From Alphaproteobacteria bacterium (GTDB lineage Bacteria > Pseudomonadota > Alphaproteobacteria > MPNO01), in assembly GCA_964291675.2 (NCBI GenBank), contig OZ219866.1:640001-704000 (forward strand): a DNA stretch of 64,000 bases, read 5' to 3'. A program made the position numbers and the translations under genes. Below, in pieces: positions 19,368 to 28,993 of this stretch. Position 1 is the stretch's first letter. Every line of letters begins with the position of its first letter. A model generated the notes under the pieces. That model saw nothing but the letters and a program-made list of their open reading frames with translations, was not told the origin of the DNA and did no database searches.

Positions 19368-20441
19368 ATGCGCAGGATCGGACTCATCGCCGCCGCGCTC
19401 GCGGCCGCGGCACTGGCGGGAGGCACGGCGGGAGCGGCCGAGAAAGTTCGCCTCACCATCATCTCGGGCAACAACCACAACTACGCGCCGGTCGGCGCGG
19501 CGATCAAGGACTTCGCCCCGAAGGTCAACGAGATTCTCGCCAGGACCGGCAAGTACGAGGTCTCCTGGGTGCTCGGCTTCGGCGGGCAGATCGTCAAGGT
19601 GCGCGGCGAGCTCGACGGGGTGCAGTCCGGGCTCGGCGATCTCGGCGTGGTGCCGGGGCCGTTCCACCAGTCGGAGCTGTCGCTCTACCAGATCGCCTAT
19701 GTCACGCCGTTCACCACGCTCGACGTGCAGGTGGCGACCGACGCGATGAACGATCTGTACGCGAAATACCCGGCGATGGGGAAACAGGTCGAGCGCTTCA
19801 ACCAGTCGCTGCTGGGCATCACCGGAACGGCGGATTTCTACGAGCTCTGGACCAGGAAGAAGATCACCAAGTTCACCGAGCTCAAGGGCATGAAGATCGG
19901 CGCGGTCGGCGCGAACATCCCCTGGGTGACGGCGGCGGGCGCGACGCCGGTGGTGATCAAGGGCCTGGCGACGATGTACAACTCGCTCAAGACCGGCATC
20001 TACGAGGGCGGCGTGCTGTGGCAGCAGGCGATGGCGGGGTTCAAGTTCTGCGAGATCACCAGGTACAAGCTGGCGGCCGGGTTCGGGGCGGTGGCCAACG
20101 CGCTCCTGACCGCGAATACGGACTCCTGGCCCAAGATCCCGCGCGAGGTGCAGGCGGCGATCACGGAGGCCACCGCCACCTGGTCGGCGGCGGGCAACCA
20201 GAAGATCATCGGCGGCGGCAAGTGGGGGCTCGGGGTCTGCGAGAAGAAGTACGGCCAGGAGACCCATGAGCTGTCGGCGGAGCAGAAGAAGACCTGGGCC
20301 TTCGCGATCCCCAATATCGCGCAGGCATGGGCCAAGCGCCAGGACAAGGCGGGGCTCCCCGGCACCGAGATGCTGGCCAGCTACATGGACTACATGCGGG
20401 ACAAGAAGCAGCTCGTGACGCGCAACTGGGACCGCGAGTAG
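19368..20441 (+). CDS. dctP: TRAP transporter substrate-binding protein
   Basis: Signal peptide; ELKGMKIG and LKTGIYEG; paralog of 2295-3359. Confidence 0.88.
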   Translation: MRRIGLIAAALAAAALAGGTAGAAEKVRLTIISGNNHNYAPVGAAIKDFAPKVNEILARTGKYEVSWVLGFGGQIVKVRGELDGVQSGLGDLGVVPGPFHQSELSLYQIAYVTPFTTLDVQVATDAMNDLYAKYPAMGKQVERFNQSLLGITGTADFYELWTRKKITKFTELKGMKIGAVGANIPWVTAAGATPVVIKGLATMYNSLKTGIYEGGVLWQQAMAGFKFCEITRYKLAAGFGAVANALLTANTDSWPKIPREVQAAITEATATWSAAGNQKIIGGGKWGLGVCEKKYGQETHELSAEQKKTWAFAIPNIAQAWAKRQDKAGLPGTEMLASYMDYMRDKKQLVTRNWDRE

Positions 20442-20459
20442 AAGGCGATTCGAGCGGGT

Positions 20460-21400
20460 GCGCCCTTCGATAGGGGCTTATATGGATGGGTTGACGGGCG
20501 GTCGGCTGGCGCAGACCGCCGACGGGAACGCCGCCCCGCCCCACCCCGTCATGCCCGGCCCCCTTCCGTCATGCCCGGACTCGATCCACTGCTGTCCGGC
20601 TTATATGAGCTGGACTGGGCACAAGGCCTTGTTCCGGGCGGGATATCGGCGCATCCGCCGGATCGGGACACGGATCGCCGCACGCCCGCACTTGCCGTCC
20701 CTGCCCCTCCGTTGTCATCCCGGCCTCGTTCCGGGCACCCACGGGCGGGGCGGGCCGCACCCGGCTCCCGTGCTCCTCCACCGCCACCACCACCCCGTCA
20801 TGGCCGGACTTGATCCGGCCATCCATGCGGCGTCCCCGCCTGCGAGGCGGCCGGCGGGAAGGGACGGCGGCGCCAGTGGATGCCCGGATCAAGTCCGGGC
20901 ATGACGATGGGGGGGAGGCATGGTGATGGGGCGGGAAACGCCGGGCGCGACGCGCGTCGAAGGCTAAACCGGACAGCAGTGGACTTGATCCGGGCATCCA
21001 TGGGCGCCGCCACCCGTCCCGTCGGACCGTCGTGCGGGTGGAGAGGCCGCGTGGATGGCCGGATCACCCCCGGACTCGATCCGGGGGCCGGCCATGACGT
21101 GGTCGGGGAAGCGCCAACACCCCCCGGCTCGTTCCGGCGACCGGGCATGACGGAAGAGGTGTCGTTGGCCTCCCGTTCGTCAACTTGTCTTTGCAAGCCC
21201 CCTTCCATACGCCGCTTCGCGGCTACTAGGGGCGAGGGAGTCTTCGCTTCCCGCCATCCCGGGCGGGCGCGTCGGCGCCGTATCCGGGACGCCCCGCGGC
21301 CCCGATGTCGCCCCGGGCTCGACCCGGGGCCCGGGGAAGCGGCCACCGGCCTCGCCCTGCCCCCCTGGGCCCCGGCTCGAGGCCGGGGTGACAGCTTCGG
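20460..21400. repeat. Cluster of CGTC-type REP palindromes
   Basis: Several copies of gtcatg(c/g)ccggact(t/c)gatccgg(g/c)catcca and its reverse complement, plus gtcgccccgggctcgacccgggg / ccccggctcgaggccggggtgac. Confidence 0.85.
20587..20981. mobile_element. Putative MITE inserted in a REP
   Basis: Terminal inverted repeats cactgctgtccggctta / taaaccggacagcagtg (16/17 match); flanked by gactcgatc / gacttgatc (8/9 direct repeat); no transposase. Confidence 0.6.
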
Positions 21401-21430
21401 GTCGGGCGGCGGCGTGATCGGCGCGAAGCG

Positions 21431-21952
21431 GTGGTAAAGGCCCTCGACTGCATCCTCGGCGCGCTCGTCATCTCGGGCAACAGCCTGGGCTCGGCCTGGA
21501 TCTTCGTCATGATGCTGGCGATCTCGGCCGACATCGTCATGCGCTTCCTGTTCAACGCGCCGATCAACGGCGCCACCGAGCTGGTCACCATGTCGGTGGT
21601 CGCCGTGCTCTATCTGCAGCTCGCCTACACCCTGCGCTCGGGCAGCATGACGCGCTCCGACGCGGTGCTGAACCGGCTGATCGCCGGCGTCCCGCGCATC
21701 GGCCACTTCCTGTCCCTGATCTTCTACCTCGCCGGCGCGGCCCTGATGGGGGCGATCATGCGCGGCGCCTGGCCGAAATGGATCAAGTCCTACGAGCTCG
21801 ACTTCTATGTCGGGGTGGTGGGCGTGTTCACCTTCCCGGACTGGCCGCGGCTGCTGGTGGTGTTCCTCGGCTGCACGCTCACCGGGCTCCAGTTCCTCGC
21901 GCTCGCCGCGGGCAGCGCGCGGGCGCTGCTCCGCCCGGCGGCAACCCCCTAG
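21431..21952 (+). CDS. dctQ: TRAP transporter small permease
   Basis: ADIVMR...PINGATEL...MTRSD; PDWP. Confidence 0.88.
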   Translation: MVKALDCILGALVISGNSLGSAWIFVMMLAISADIVMRFLFNAPINGATELVTMSVVAVLYLQLAYTLRSGSMTRSDAVLNRLIAGVPRIGHFLSLIFYLAGAALMGAIMRGAWPKWIKSYELDFYVGVVGVFTFPDWPRLLVVFLGCTLTGLQFLALAAGSARALLRPAATP

Positions 21953-21961
21953 GCGGCGCCC

Positions 21962-23305
21962 GTGGAAGCCTTCGAGATCGCCCTGGTGTCGGTGTTCGCG
22001 ATGCTGCTGCTGATCTATTTCGGCATGCACATCTCGGTGACGCTGGCGCTGATCTCCTTCGTCGGCGCCTGGGTGATCAAGGGCAACGCGGCGATCGCCC
22101 TCAGCCTGCTGCTGATCGCCGCCGAGAAGACGGTGAACAACTTCGTCTTCGCGGTCATCCCGCTATTCGTGCTGATGGGGTTCCTGGTCGCCGCCGCCGG
22201 GATGGGGCGGGACGCCTACGACATCGGCCAGATCATGCTGCGCCGGGTGCGCGGCGGGCTCGGCATGGCGACCGTGGTCGCCAACGCGATCTTCGCCTCG
22301 ATCACCGGCGCCTCGGTGGCCTCGGCCTCGGTGTTCTCCAAGGTCGCGGTGCCGGAGATGATGCGGCACGGCTATTACGGGCGCTTCGCGGTCGGCACCG
22401 TCGCCGGGTCCTCGGTGCTCGGCATGCTGATCCCGCCGAGCGTGCTGCTGATCATCTACGCGCTGATCGCCGAGGAATCGGTGGGCGATCTGTTCATCGC
22501 CGGGATCGGCCCGGGCATCCTGCTGACCATCGCCTTCTGCGGGCTGATCTACATCATGGCGACGCTGTTCCCGCGCACCGTCCAGGCGGTCCGCGAGGCC
22601 GCCGCCGACAGCGCCGGCGAGGAGGCGGAGGAGCCGTCGCTCAGCGCCGGCGATCTGTGGCGCAAGGCGCTGCCGATCACCGCGCTCGTCCTGCTGGTGC
22701 TGGGCGGGCTCTATGGCGGGGTGTTCACGCCGGTCGAGGCGGGCGCGGCGGGCGCGCTGCTGGCGCTGGTCTTCGCGCTCGCCCGCCGCGCGCTCACCTG
22801 GCGCAGCTTCTGGAACGTGCTGCTCGATTCCGGGAACATCACCGCGACGCTCCTGTTCCTGATCTGCTCGGCCAGCATGTACTCCCGCATGCTCGGCATG
22901 TCGGGCCTGCCGTCCGAGATGGCCGCGATCTTCGACAATCTCGGCGCCGGGTTCTACGGCATGCTGGCGTTCTATGTGCTGGTGGTCATCGTCCTCGGCA
23001 CGATCATCGATTCGGTCTCGATCATGCTGATCATGGTGCCGCTGTTCCTGGCGGCGCTCAAATTCTTCGAGATCGACCTGGTCTGGTTCGGCATTGTGAC
23101 CGTCATCGCCACCGAGATCGGGCTCTTGACCCCGCCGCTCGGGATCGCGGTCTACGTGGTGCACTCGACGCTGGCGCGCCCCGACATCACGCTCAAGGAC
23201 ATCTTCGTCGGCTCGGCGCCGTTCGCGCTGGCGATGCTGTTCGTCCTCATCCTGGTCATCGCCTTCCCGCCGATCGCGACATATCTGGTCTCGATCAAGC
23301 TCTGA
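21962..23305 (+). CDS. dctM: TRAP transporter large permease
   Basis: PLFVLMG, LGMLIPPS and EIGLLTPPLG motifs. Confidence 0.92.
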   Translation: MEAFEIALVSVFAMLLLIYFGMHISVTLALISFVGAWVIKGNAAIALSLLLIAAEKTVNNFVFAVIPLFVLMGFLVAAAGMGRDAYDIGQIMLRRVRGGLGMATVVANAIFASITGASVASASVFSKVAVPEMMRHGYYGRFAVGTVAGSSVLGMLIPPSVLLIIYALIAEESVGDLFIAGIGPGILLTIAFCGLIYIMATLFPRTVQAVREAAADSAGEEAEEPSLSAGDLWRKALPITALVLLVLGGLYGGVFTPVEAGAAGALLALVFALARRALTWRSFWNVLLDSGNITATLLFLICSASMYSRMLGMSGLPSEMAAIFDNLGAGFYGMLAFYVLVVIVLGTIIDSVSIMLIMVPLFLAALKFFEIDLVWFGIVTVIATEIGLLTPPLGIAVYVVHSTLARPDITLKDIFVGSAPFALAMLFVLILVIAFPPIATYLVSIKL

Positions 23306-23311
23306 GCGCCG

Positions 23312-24001
23312 CTATTGCAGGCGGTAGCCGAGCTCGTAATGCAGGTTGATGCCGTCCCAGAACATGTATTTGAGCCGCGCGCCCTCGCTCGCGTAGTGCA
23401 GCGCCATGTCCTGCTTCTCGGTCGTGTCGCAGTGCTTGACCAGGATCTCGAAGGCGCGCCCGCCATGCTCGATGTCGGCCTCGGCATGGACCCACCAGTA
23501 TTCCAGCTCGTGCTCGGTGAAGCCGTAGGTCTCGCGCAGCGCCGGCAGCACCTTGGAGAACAGCCTGGGCTCCTGCGCCTCGCTCGCGATATGGACCCCG
23601 GCGACGCCGGCGATCCAGTGCTGCGTGGCGCTGGTCCGGAGCTCCCAGTCGAGCCAGCACTCGGTGGTCGGCAGGCCGCGCCCGGCGGCGAGTTGCTCGC
23701 GGGTCATGCCGCAGGCCTCGCAGAACCGGAGCAGCAGCTCGACATGCGGGTTGGCCGGATCGGTCTCCTCGCGGTAGTTCTCCATCTCCATCTCGACCAC
23801 GTCCTCCGGCGCGTTGGCGCAGATGTTGAACAGCGCCGCCGGGATCAGATTGCCGATCCAGTACCAGTGCTCGCGGATGGCGCCGGCCACGGTCTCGCGC
23901 TTGGCCTCGCCCGCCGCCCATCTCTCGATCAGCGGGTGGTCCGCCTGGTGGCGCGCATCGACGACGCCCTGCAGCGCCGCGCGGAAGCTATCTTGGGTCA
24001 T
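23312..24001 (-). CDS. Heme-oxygenase-like diiron enzyme (CADD/PqqC/TenA superfamily)
   Basis: ENYREE...H, ASE and HAEADIEH ligand pattern; ATG at 24001 after GAGAGG. Confidence 0.75.
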   Translation of the reverse strand: MTQDSFRAALQGVVDARHQADHPLIERWAAGEAKRETVAGAIREHWYWIGNLIPAALFNICANAPEDVVEMEMENYREETDPANPHVELLLRFCEACGMTREQLAAGRGLPTTECWLDWELRTSATQHWIAGVAGVHIASEAQEPRLFSKVLPALRETYGFTEHELEYWWVHAEADIEHGGRAFEILVKHCDTTEKQDMALHYASEGARLKYMFWDGINLHYELGYRLQ

Positions 24002-24012
24002 CTTCCCTCTCC

Positions 24013-25338
24013 TCAGCCCATCAGCCCGGGCAGGAACAGCACCACGTCCGGCACCGCGATCAGCAATGCCAGCAGCACCAAGGCGCAGCCGATATAGGGC
24101 AGCCCCGCATAGACCACCTGCGAGAAGGTGGTCCCCGGCGGCGCCACCCCCATCATGACGAACAACAGCAGCCCGAAGGGCGGCGTCGTGGTCGAGATCT
24201 CCAGCGCTAGGACTATGATAATCCCGAACCAGACCGGGTCGAAGCCGAGCGAGATCGCCAGCGGGACGAAGATCGGGATGGTCAGCATCATCTGCGAGAT
24301 CTGGTCGACGAACATGCCGAGGAAGAGCAGGACCGCGAACATGAACAGCAGCATCACCAGCCGCGGCATCTCGAACCCGGTCACCCAGTCGACGATCCCG
24401 GCGCTGGCGCCGGAGAACGCCATGATCTGGCTGAACGTCGACGAGGCCATCAGGATCATGAACACCATGGTGGTGACCACCAGCGTGCCCTCGATCGACT
24501 TCCGGATCACCCGCCAGCTCAGCACGCGGAAGGCGGCGGCCAGCACCAGCACGCCGACGACGCCGAAGGCGGCCGCCTCCGACGGGGTGGCGATGCCGAT
24601 CAGGATCAGCCCGACGACGCAGAAGAACACCAGCCCGAGCGGCAGGATGTTGACCGCGGTGAGCAGGATCTTGGTGCCGAAATCGGTCGGGTCCACGTCG
24701 TAGCGCGGCGCGGCCTCGGGGTCGAGCTTGACCTGGACGAAGATCAGCACCGCGTAGAACGAGGCGAGGATCAGCCCGGGCACGATGCCGCCGATCAGCA
24801 GCCGGCCGATGTCGATCGCCGTCAGCGCGCCCATCAGGCTGCCCAGCAGGACGACCAGCGCCGATGGCGGGATCAATATGGCGAGGCTGCCGGAGCCGAG
24901 GATGGGCCCCATGGACATGTATTTCTTGTAACCGCGCCGGGTCATCTCGGGCACCATGGAGGAGCCCATCATCGCCGTCGTCGAGATGCTGGAGCCGGAC
25001 AGCGCGGCGAAGATCGTCCCGCCCGCCACCGCCATGTAGGACAGCCTGCCCGGCACCCGCCCGAACACCCGGTCCAGCGTCGAGAAGATGCGCTCGGCGA
25101 TGCCGCAGTGGAAGAACAGCTCGCCCATCAGGATGAACAGCGGCACCGGGATCAGGAGGAAGTTGGAGACCGACCGGGTCGCGTTGTTGATCAGCTGCTC
25201 GATGCCGGCGACGCCCCCCATGAACACCACCGCGCCGACCACGTTGGCGATCAGGAAGGCGAAGGCGACCGGGATCGAGAGCGCCATCAGCCCGACCACC
25301 AGGCCGAGCATCAGGATGCCGGCGGTGTACCACTCCAT
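24013..25338 (-). CDS. dctM: TRAP transporter large permease
   Basis: VPLFILMGE, ILIPPS and TTPPFG motifs. Confidence 0.92.
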   Translation of the reverse strand: MEWYTAGILMLGLVVGLMALSIPVAFAFLIANVVGAVVFMGGVAGIEQLINNATRSVSNFLLIPVPLFILMGELFFHCGIAERIFSTLDRVFGRVPGRLSYMAVAGGTIFAALSGSSISTTAMMGSSMVPEMTRRGYKKYMSMGPILGSGSLAILIPPSALVVLLGSLMGALTAIDIGRLLIGGIVPGLILASFYAVLIFVQVKLDPEAAPRYDVDPTDFGTKILLTAVNILPLGLVFFCVVGLILIGIATPSEAAAFGVVGVLVLAAAFRVLSWRVIRKSIEGTLVVTTMVFMILMASSTFSQIMAFSGASAGIVDWVTGFEMPRLVMLLFMFAVLLFLGMFVDQISQMMLTIPIFVPLAISLGFDPVWFGIIIVLALEISTTTPPFGLLLFVMMGVAPPGTTFSQVVYAGLPYIGCALVLLALLIAVPDVVLFLPGLMG

Positions 25339-25339
25339 C

Positions 25340-25852
25340 TCAGAGGCCTTCGGCGCCGGTCGGGTCGCCGGACAGCATCGAGTCGGGGCCGATCAGGAAG
25401 CGGGCGAACTCGGTCGCCAGCAGGAAGAAGGCGAGCGGCACCGGCGCGGTGACGATCCAGCCCGGCATGGCGAAGGAGCGGATGTCCTCGAAGCCGCGGA
25501 TGTATTCGGCGATCACCACGCTGAGCGAGTACCAGGCGAGCAGCAGGCAGATGGCGATGCCGGCGACATAGACCAGCCGCTCGACCCAGAGCCGGGGCGT
25601 GCCCCGGAGCCGGCCGACGAAGATGGTGATGAAGACGTGGCTCTTGCGCCTCAGCACCCAGGGCGTCGCGAACAGCGTCGAGTGCAGCAGCCCGTACTCG
25701 GCGAGCGTGACGGTCCAGAGCGGCGAGGGGATGCCCGCCGTCCGCACCGTCACGTCGTAGACGATGGCAAGGAAGATCGCGGTGAGCACGAGGCCGCCGA
25801 GGACGGCCAGCCCCGCGATCACCGCATCGTAGCCCCGCGCGAGAGTCCGCAT
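25340..25852 (-). CDS. dctQ: TRAP transporter small permease
   Basis: About 4 TM segments; YDVTVR, EYGL and HVFI. Confidence 0.85.
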   Translation of the reverse strand: MRTLARGYDAVIAGLAVLGGLVLTAIFLAIVYDVTVRTAGIPSPLWTVTLAEYGLLHSTLFATPWVLRRKSHVFITIFVGRLRGTPRLWVERLVYVAGIAICLLLAWYSLSVVIAEYIRGFEDIRSFAMPGWIVTAPVPLAFFLLATEFARFLIGPDSMLSGDPTGAEGL

Positions 25853-25886
25853 CGCGCGGCGCGGCGGATAGCGGTTCCGCGCCCCG

Positions 25887-26885
25887 CTACTTGCGGAACA
25901 GCTTGGTCTTGAACTCCTCGATCAGCGCCGCCGGGATGTCGTTCTTGGCGAGCGCCTGCCACACGCCGATATTGTAGGCCGCGTCGAGATAGATCTCGGC
26001 CGCCTTGCCCTCGAGGTCGATATCGGTCATGCCGCGCTTCTTGAGCTTGACCTTCTCGTCGGCGCTCATCTTGGCGAACAGCGCGTGCGCCCAGATCTCG
26101 GACTCGATCGCCGCCCGGGTGACCGCCCGCTTGTGCGCGGTGGCGAGCTTGTCCCACTTCGCCTTGTTGGCGGCGATGATGATGTCGCCCTGCCAGTAGG
26201 CCGGGGTGATGCGGTATTTGAGGAACTTGTCCCAGCCGAAATTGGTCACGCCCGGGCCGATCCAGGCCGCGCCCTTGACGATGCCGCGCTCCAGCCCGGA
26301 ATACATCTCGGCCACGTGGATCGGCACCGCCGAGCCGCCGAACCGCTTCAGGAACTCGCGGTAGATGGCAACGCCCCGGATCTTCATGCCGTTGAAGTCG
26401 GGCGCCCCGTCGGCGGCGAATTTGGGCTTCTCGGTGAGATAGACGTAGAACGTGTAGCCCGAGCCGTAATAGCCCAGCAGCTCCGAGTTCAGGCGCCTGC
26501 GCACCTGCTCGTTCATCAGCGCCAGCCCGCCGGTCGAGCGGACCTCCATCGCGTGCAGATTGGAGCCGTTGAGCGCCTGGATCTCGGGGATCTCGCCGAG
26601 GAAGTAGGACATCGGCCCGTAATAGACGTCGATCACGCCGCGCGAGACGCCCTTCATCTGCTCGGGCACCGGGGTCACGTCGGGCCCGCCGATATAGCGG
26701 ATCTTGATCTCGTTGTTGGAATACTGCGCGGCGCGCTTGGAGAAATCGTGCAGCGGCGCGTTGAACGGGTGCTTGCGCGGGAAGGCGGTGACCGACTTCC
26801 AAGACACGCTCGCCGCCGCCGCCGGCAGGGCGGTGAGCGCGAAGGACAGGATCACGCTCCCGAAGATGACTCTCGCCAGGTTCAT
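25887..26885 (-). CDS. dctP: TRAP transporter substrate-binding protein
   Basis: Signal peptide; YIGGPDV, GMKIR and YSGLERG; GGAGG RBS. Confidence 0.9.
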   Translation of the reverse strand: MNLARVIFGSVILSFALTALPAAAASVSWKSVTAFPRKHPFNAPLHDFSKRAAQYSNNEIKIRYIGGPDVTPVPEQMKGVSRGVIDVYYGPMSYFLGEIPEIQALNGSNLHAMEVRSTGGLALMNEQVRRRLNSELLGYYGSGYTFYVYLTEKPKFAADGAPDFNGMKIRGVAIYREFLKRFGGSAVPIHVAEMYSGLERGIVKGAAWIGPGVTNFGWDKFLKYRITPAYWQGDIIIAANKAKWDKLATAHKRAVTRAAIESEIWAHALFAKMSADEKVKLKKRGMTDIDLEGKAAEIYLDAAYNIGVWQALAKNDIPAALIEEFKTKLFRK

Positions 26886-27029
26886 GCTCGCCTCCTTGTT
26901 CGAACGGAACGCCCGACCCCTGCGGGAGACGGGTTTCCCAGTGTCGTTCCGGTTGCAGGGGCACGATCTTCCTGTGCCCCCGCGGGCGAGTCAACCGAGC
27001 CCCGGCGCGGGCGGCGGGTCGGCATGCGG

Positions 27030-27099
27030 CGTGCGCGTCAGGCCTGCCTGGTGTCGAGACCAGCTCGTCCGCGACCCTCTGCAGATCATCCGGCCGCAT
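27030..27099 (-). pseudogene. Truncated N-terminus of a HEPN-like protein
   Basis: MRPDDLQRVADELVSTPGRP overlaps the upstream stop, then loses similarity before the expected LRRAxSTAYYA motif. Confidence 0.4.
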
Positions 27100-27379
27100 C
27101 CTCCACCCCGTCCATCTCATCGCTGGATACATAGGAGATAAGGGGGAAGGCCTGTTCGCCGATCTGCGCGAGCCGGGGACGCATATGCCGCACCACACTG
27201 GTGGCCTTTCTTGCGTCGAACGGCTCCTCCGTGCCGTCGAATACGACCTTGACGCGCAGGATCTCATCGCCGTCCTTGTCGTAATCCGGGGCAACGGACA
27301 CGTCTCCGATCCGGGCAGCTCCGAAAATCTCTTTCAGGACCGCCTGGACAATCTCCTTCGCCGTCTGATTCTCCACCAT
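27086..27379 (-). CDS. Small nucleotidyltransferase-fold-like protein (putative antitoxin)
   Basis: 97 aa; DYDKDGDEILRVKVVFD...RPRL...AFPLISYVS, a pattern recalled from small genes upstream of HEPN genes. Confidence 0.55.
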   Translation of the reverse strand: MVENQTAKEIVQAVLKEIFGAARIGDVSVAPDYDKDGDEILRVKVVFDGTEEPFDARKATSVVRHMRPRLAQIGEQAFPLISYVSSDEMDGVEDAAG

Positions 27380-27566
27380 GGCAACGATCCTTCGGACAGC
27401 GCGCCGTGCGTTGCATGCGGCCGGCCCATGCACCGTTTTGCTGCGGCCAACAACCAAACCATGGTGTTGGCGATCATCATCGTCAAGATACGTTTGCCGG
27501 GGCTCACCGGCACGTGATAAGGGGGCGCGATCGCAATCCGACCCACCGCCCCGACCCGGAGTTCCG

Positions 27567-28973
27567 ATGAGCGAGACCGCCGCCTTCATGCCGCTGACCG
27601 ACCTGGTGGCGGCCTTCGCAGCGAAGGACCTGTCCCCGGTCGATGCGGTGCGGGCCGCGTATGCACGCATCGACCGCCACGAGAGGGACCTCAACGCGTT
27701 CTGCCACCGGCTCGACGAGGGCGCGGCGCTCGCCGCGGCCGGCGAGGCGGAGCGGCGCTGGGCGCAAGGCGCGCCCGCCGGCCCGCTCGACGGCGTGCCG
27801 ATCACCGTGAAGGACGCGCTGCTGGCGACCGGCTGGGCGACGCTCCGGGGCTCGAAGCTCTCCGACCCCGATACCCCGGACACCGAGGACTCGCCCGCGG
27901 TCGCGCGCGCCCGCGAGGCCGGCGCCATCGTGATCGGCAAGACCACCATGCCGGAGTTCGGCTGGAAGGGGGTCACCGACTGCCCGCTGAGCGGGATTAC
28001 CCGCAACCCGTGGGACCTGGCGACGACGCCGGGCGGCTCCAGCGGCGGGTCGGCCGCGGCGCTGGCCGCGGGCATCGGCAACGCGGCGATCGGCACCGAC
28101 GCCGGCGGCTCGGTCCGCATACCGGGCAGCTTCTCCGGGCTGGTCGCGCTCAAGGCGACCTACGGGCGCATCGCCAACTACCCGCCGAGCGCGGCGGGCT
28201 CGCTCGGCCATATCGGCCCGATGACGCGCACGGTCGCGGATACCGCGCTGATGCTGAACGTCATGTCCCGGCCGGACGCGCGCGACCCGGCGAACCTGCC
28301 TTATGACGGGCGCGACTGGCGGGAGGGCATCGGGGACGGCATCGACGGGCTCCGCGTCGCCTTCTCCCCGACGCTGGGCTATGCCCGGGTCGATCCCGAG
28401 GTCGCGGCGCTCGCCGCCGACGCGGCCCGGGCGCTGGAGGATCTCGGCGCCCGGGTGGAGGAGGTGGAACGGCCGTTCGAGGATCCGAGCGCGTGCTTCC
28501 GGGTGCATTTCTTCTCCGGCATCTCGCACGCGCTCAGGAACGCCACGCCGGGGCAGCGCGCGCTCATCGACCCCGGCATCCTGCCGATCCTGGAGCAGGC
28601 GCGCGCGATCGGCCGCACCGAGTACATGGAGGCGGTCGATGCGCGCGTCGCCTTCTCGCGCGCGGCCCGGCTGTTCCTGGAGGCGTATGACGTGCTGGTC
28701 ACGCCGACCCTGGCGGTGCCGCCCTTCGCCGCGGGGGTGCTGTCGCCGGACGGCTACGACCGGGAGAACTGGATGGAGTGGTCGCCCTTCACCTACCCGT
28801 TCAACCTGACCGGCCAGCCGGCGATCTCGGTCCCCTGCGGCTTCACCGCGGGCGGCCTCCCGGTGGGCTTGCAGATCGCCGGCCAGTACCACGACGAGGC
28901 GACGGTGCTGCGCACCGCGAGGGCCTACGAGGCGGCGCATCCGACCGCCGGCCGCCGCCCGAAGCTGGCGTAG
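27567..28973 (+). CDS. Amidase signature family amidase
   Basis: GVPITVKD, GKTTMPEFG, TPGGSSGGS and GTDAGGSVRIP motifs. Confidence 0.93.
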   Translation: MSETAAFMPLTDLVAAFAAKDLSPVDAVRAAYARIDRHERDLNAFCHRLDEGAALAAAGEAERRWAQGAPAGPLDGVPITVKDALLATGWATLRGSKLSDPDTPDTEDSPAVARAREAGAIVIGKTTMPEFGWKGVTDCPLSGITRNPWDLATTPGGSSGGSAAALAAGIGNAAIGTDAGGSVRIPGSFSGLVALKATYGRIANYPPSAAGSLGHIGPMTRTVADTALMLNVMSRPDARDPANLPYDGRDWREGIGDGIDGLRVAFSPTLGYARVDPEVAALAADAARALEDLGARVEEVERPFEDPSACFRVHFFSGISHALRNATPGQRALIDPGILPILEQARAIGRTEYMEAVDARVAFSRAARLFLEAYDVLVTPTLAVPPFAAGVLSPDGYDRENWMEWSPFTYPFNLTGQPAISVPCGFTAGGLPVGLQIAGQYHDEATVLRTARAYEAAHPTAGRRPKLA

Positions 28974-28993
28974 GTTGCCGCCGCCCAAGCCGG

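Noticed and set aside
20458-21437. ORFs within the REP clusters (also 28975-29933)
   Set aside because: They are translations of palindromes (MPGLDPG, SCPDLIR, GRIKSGH) with no protein-like composition.
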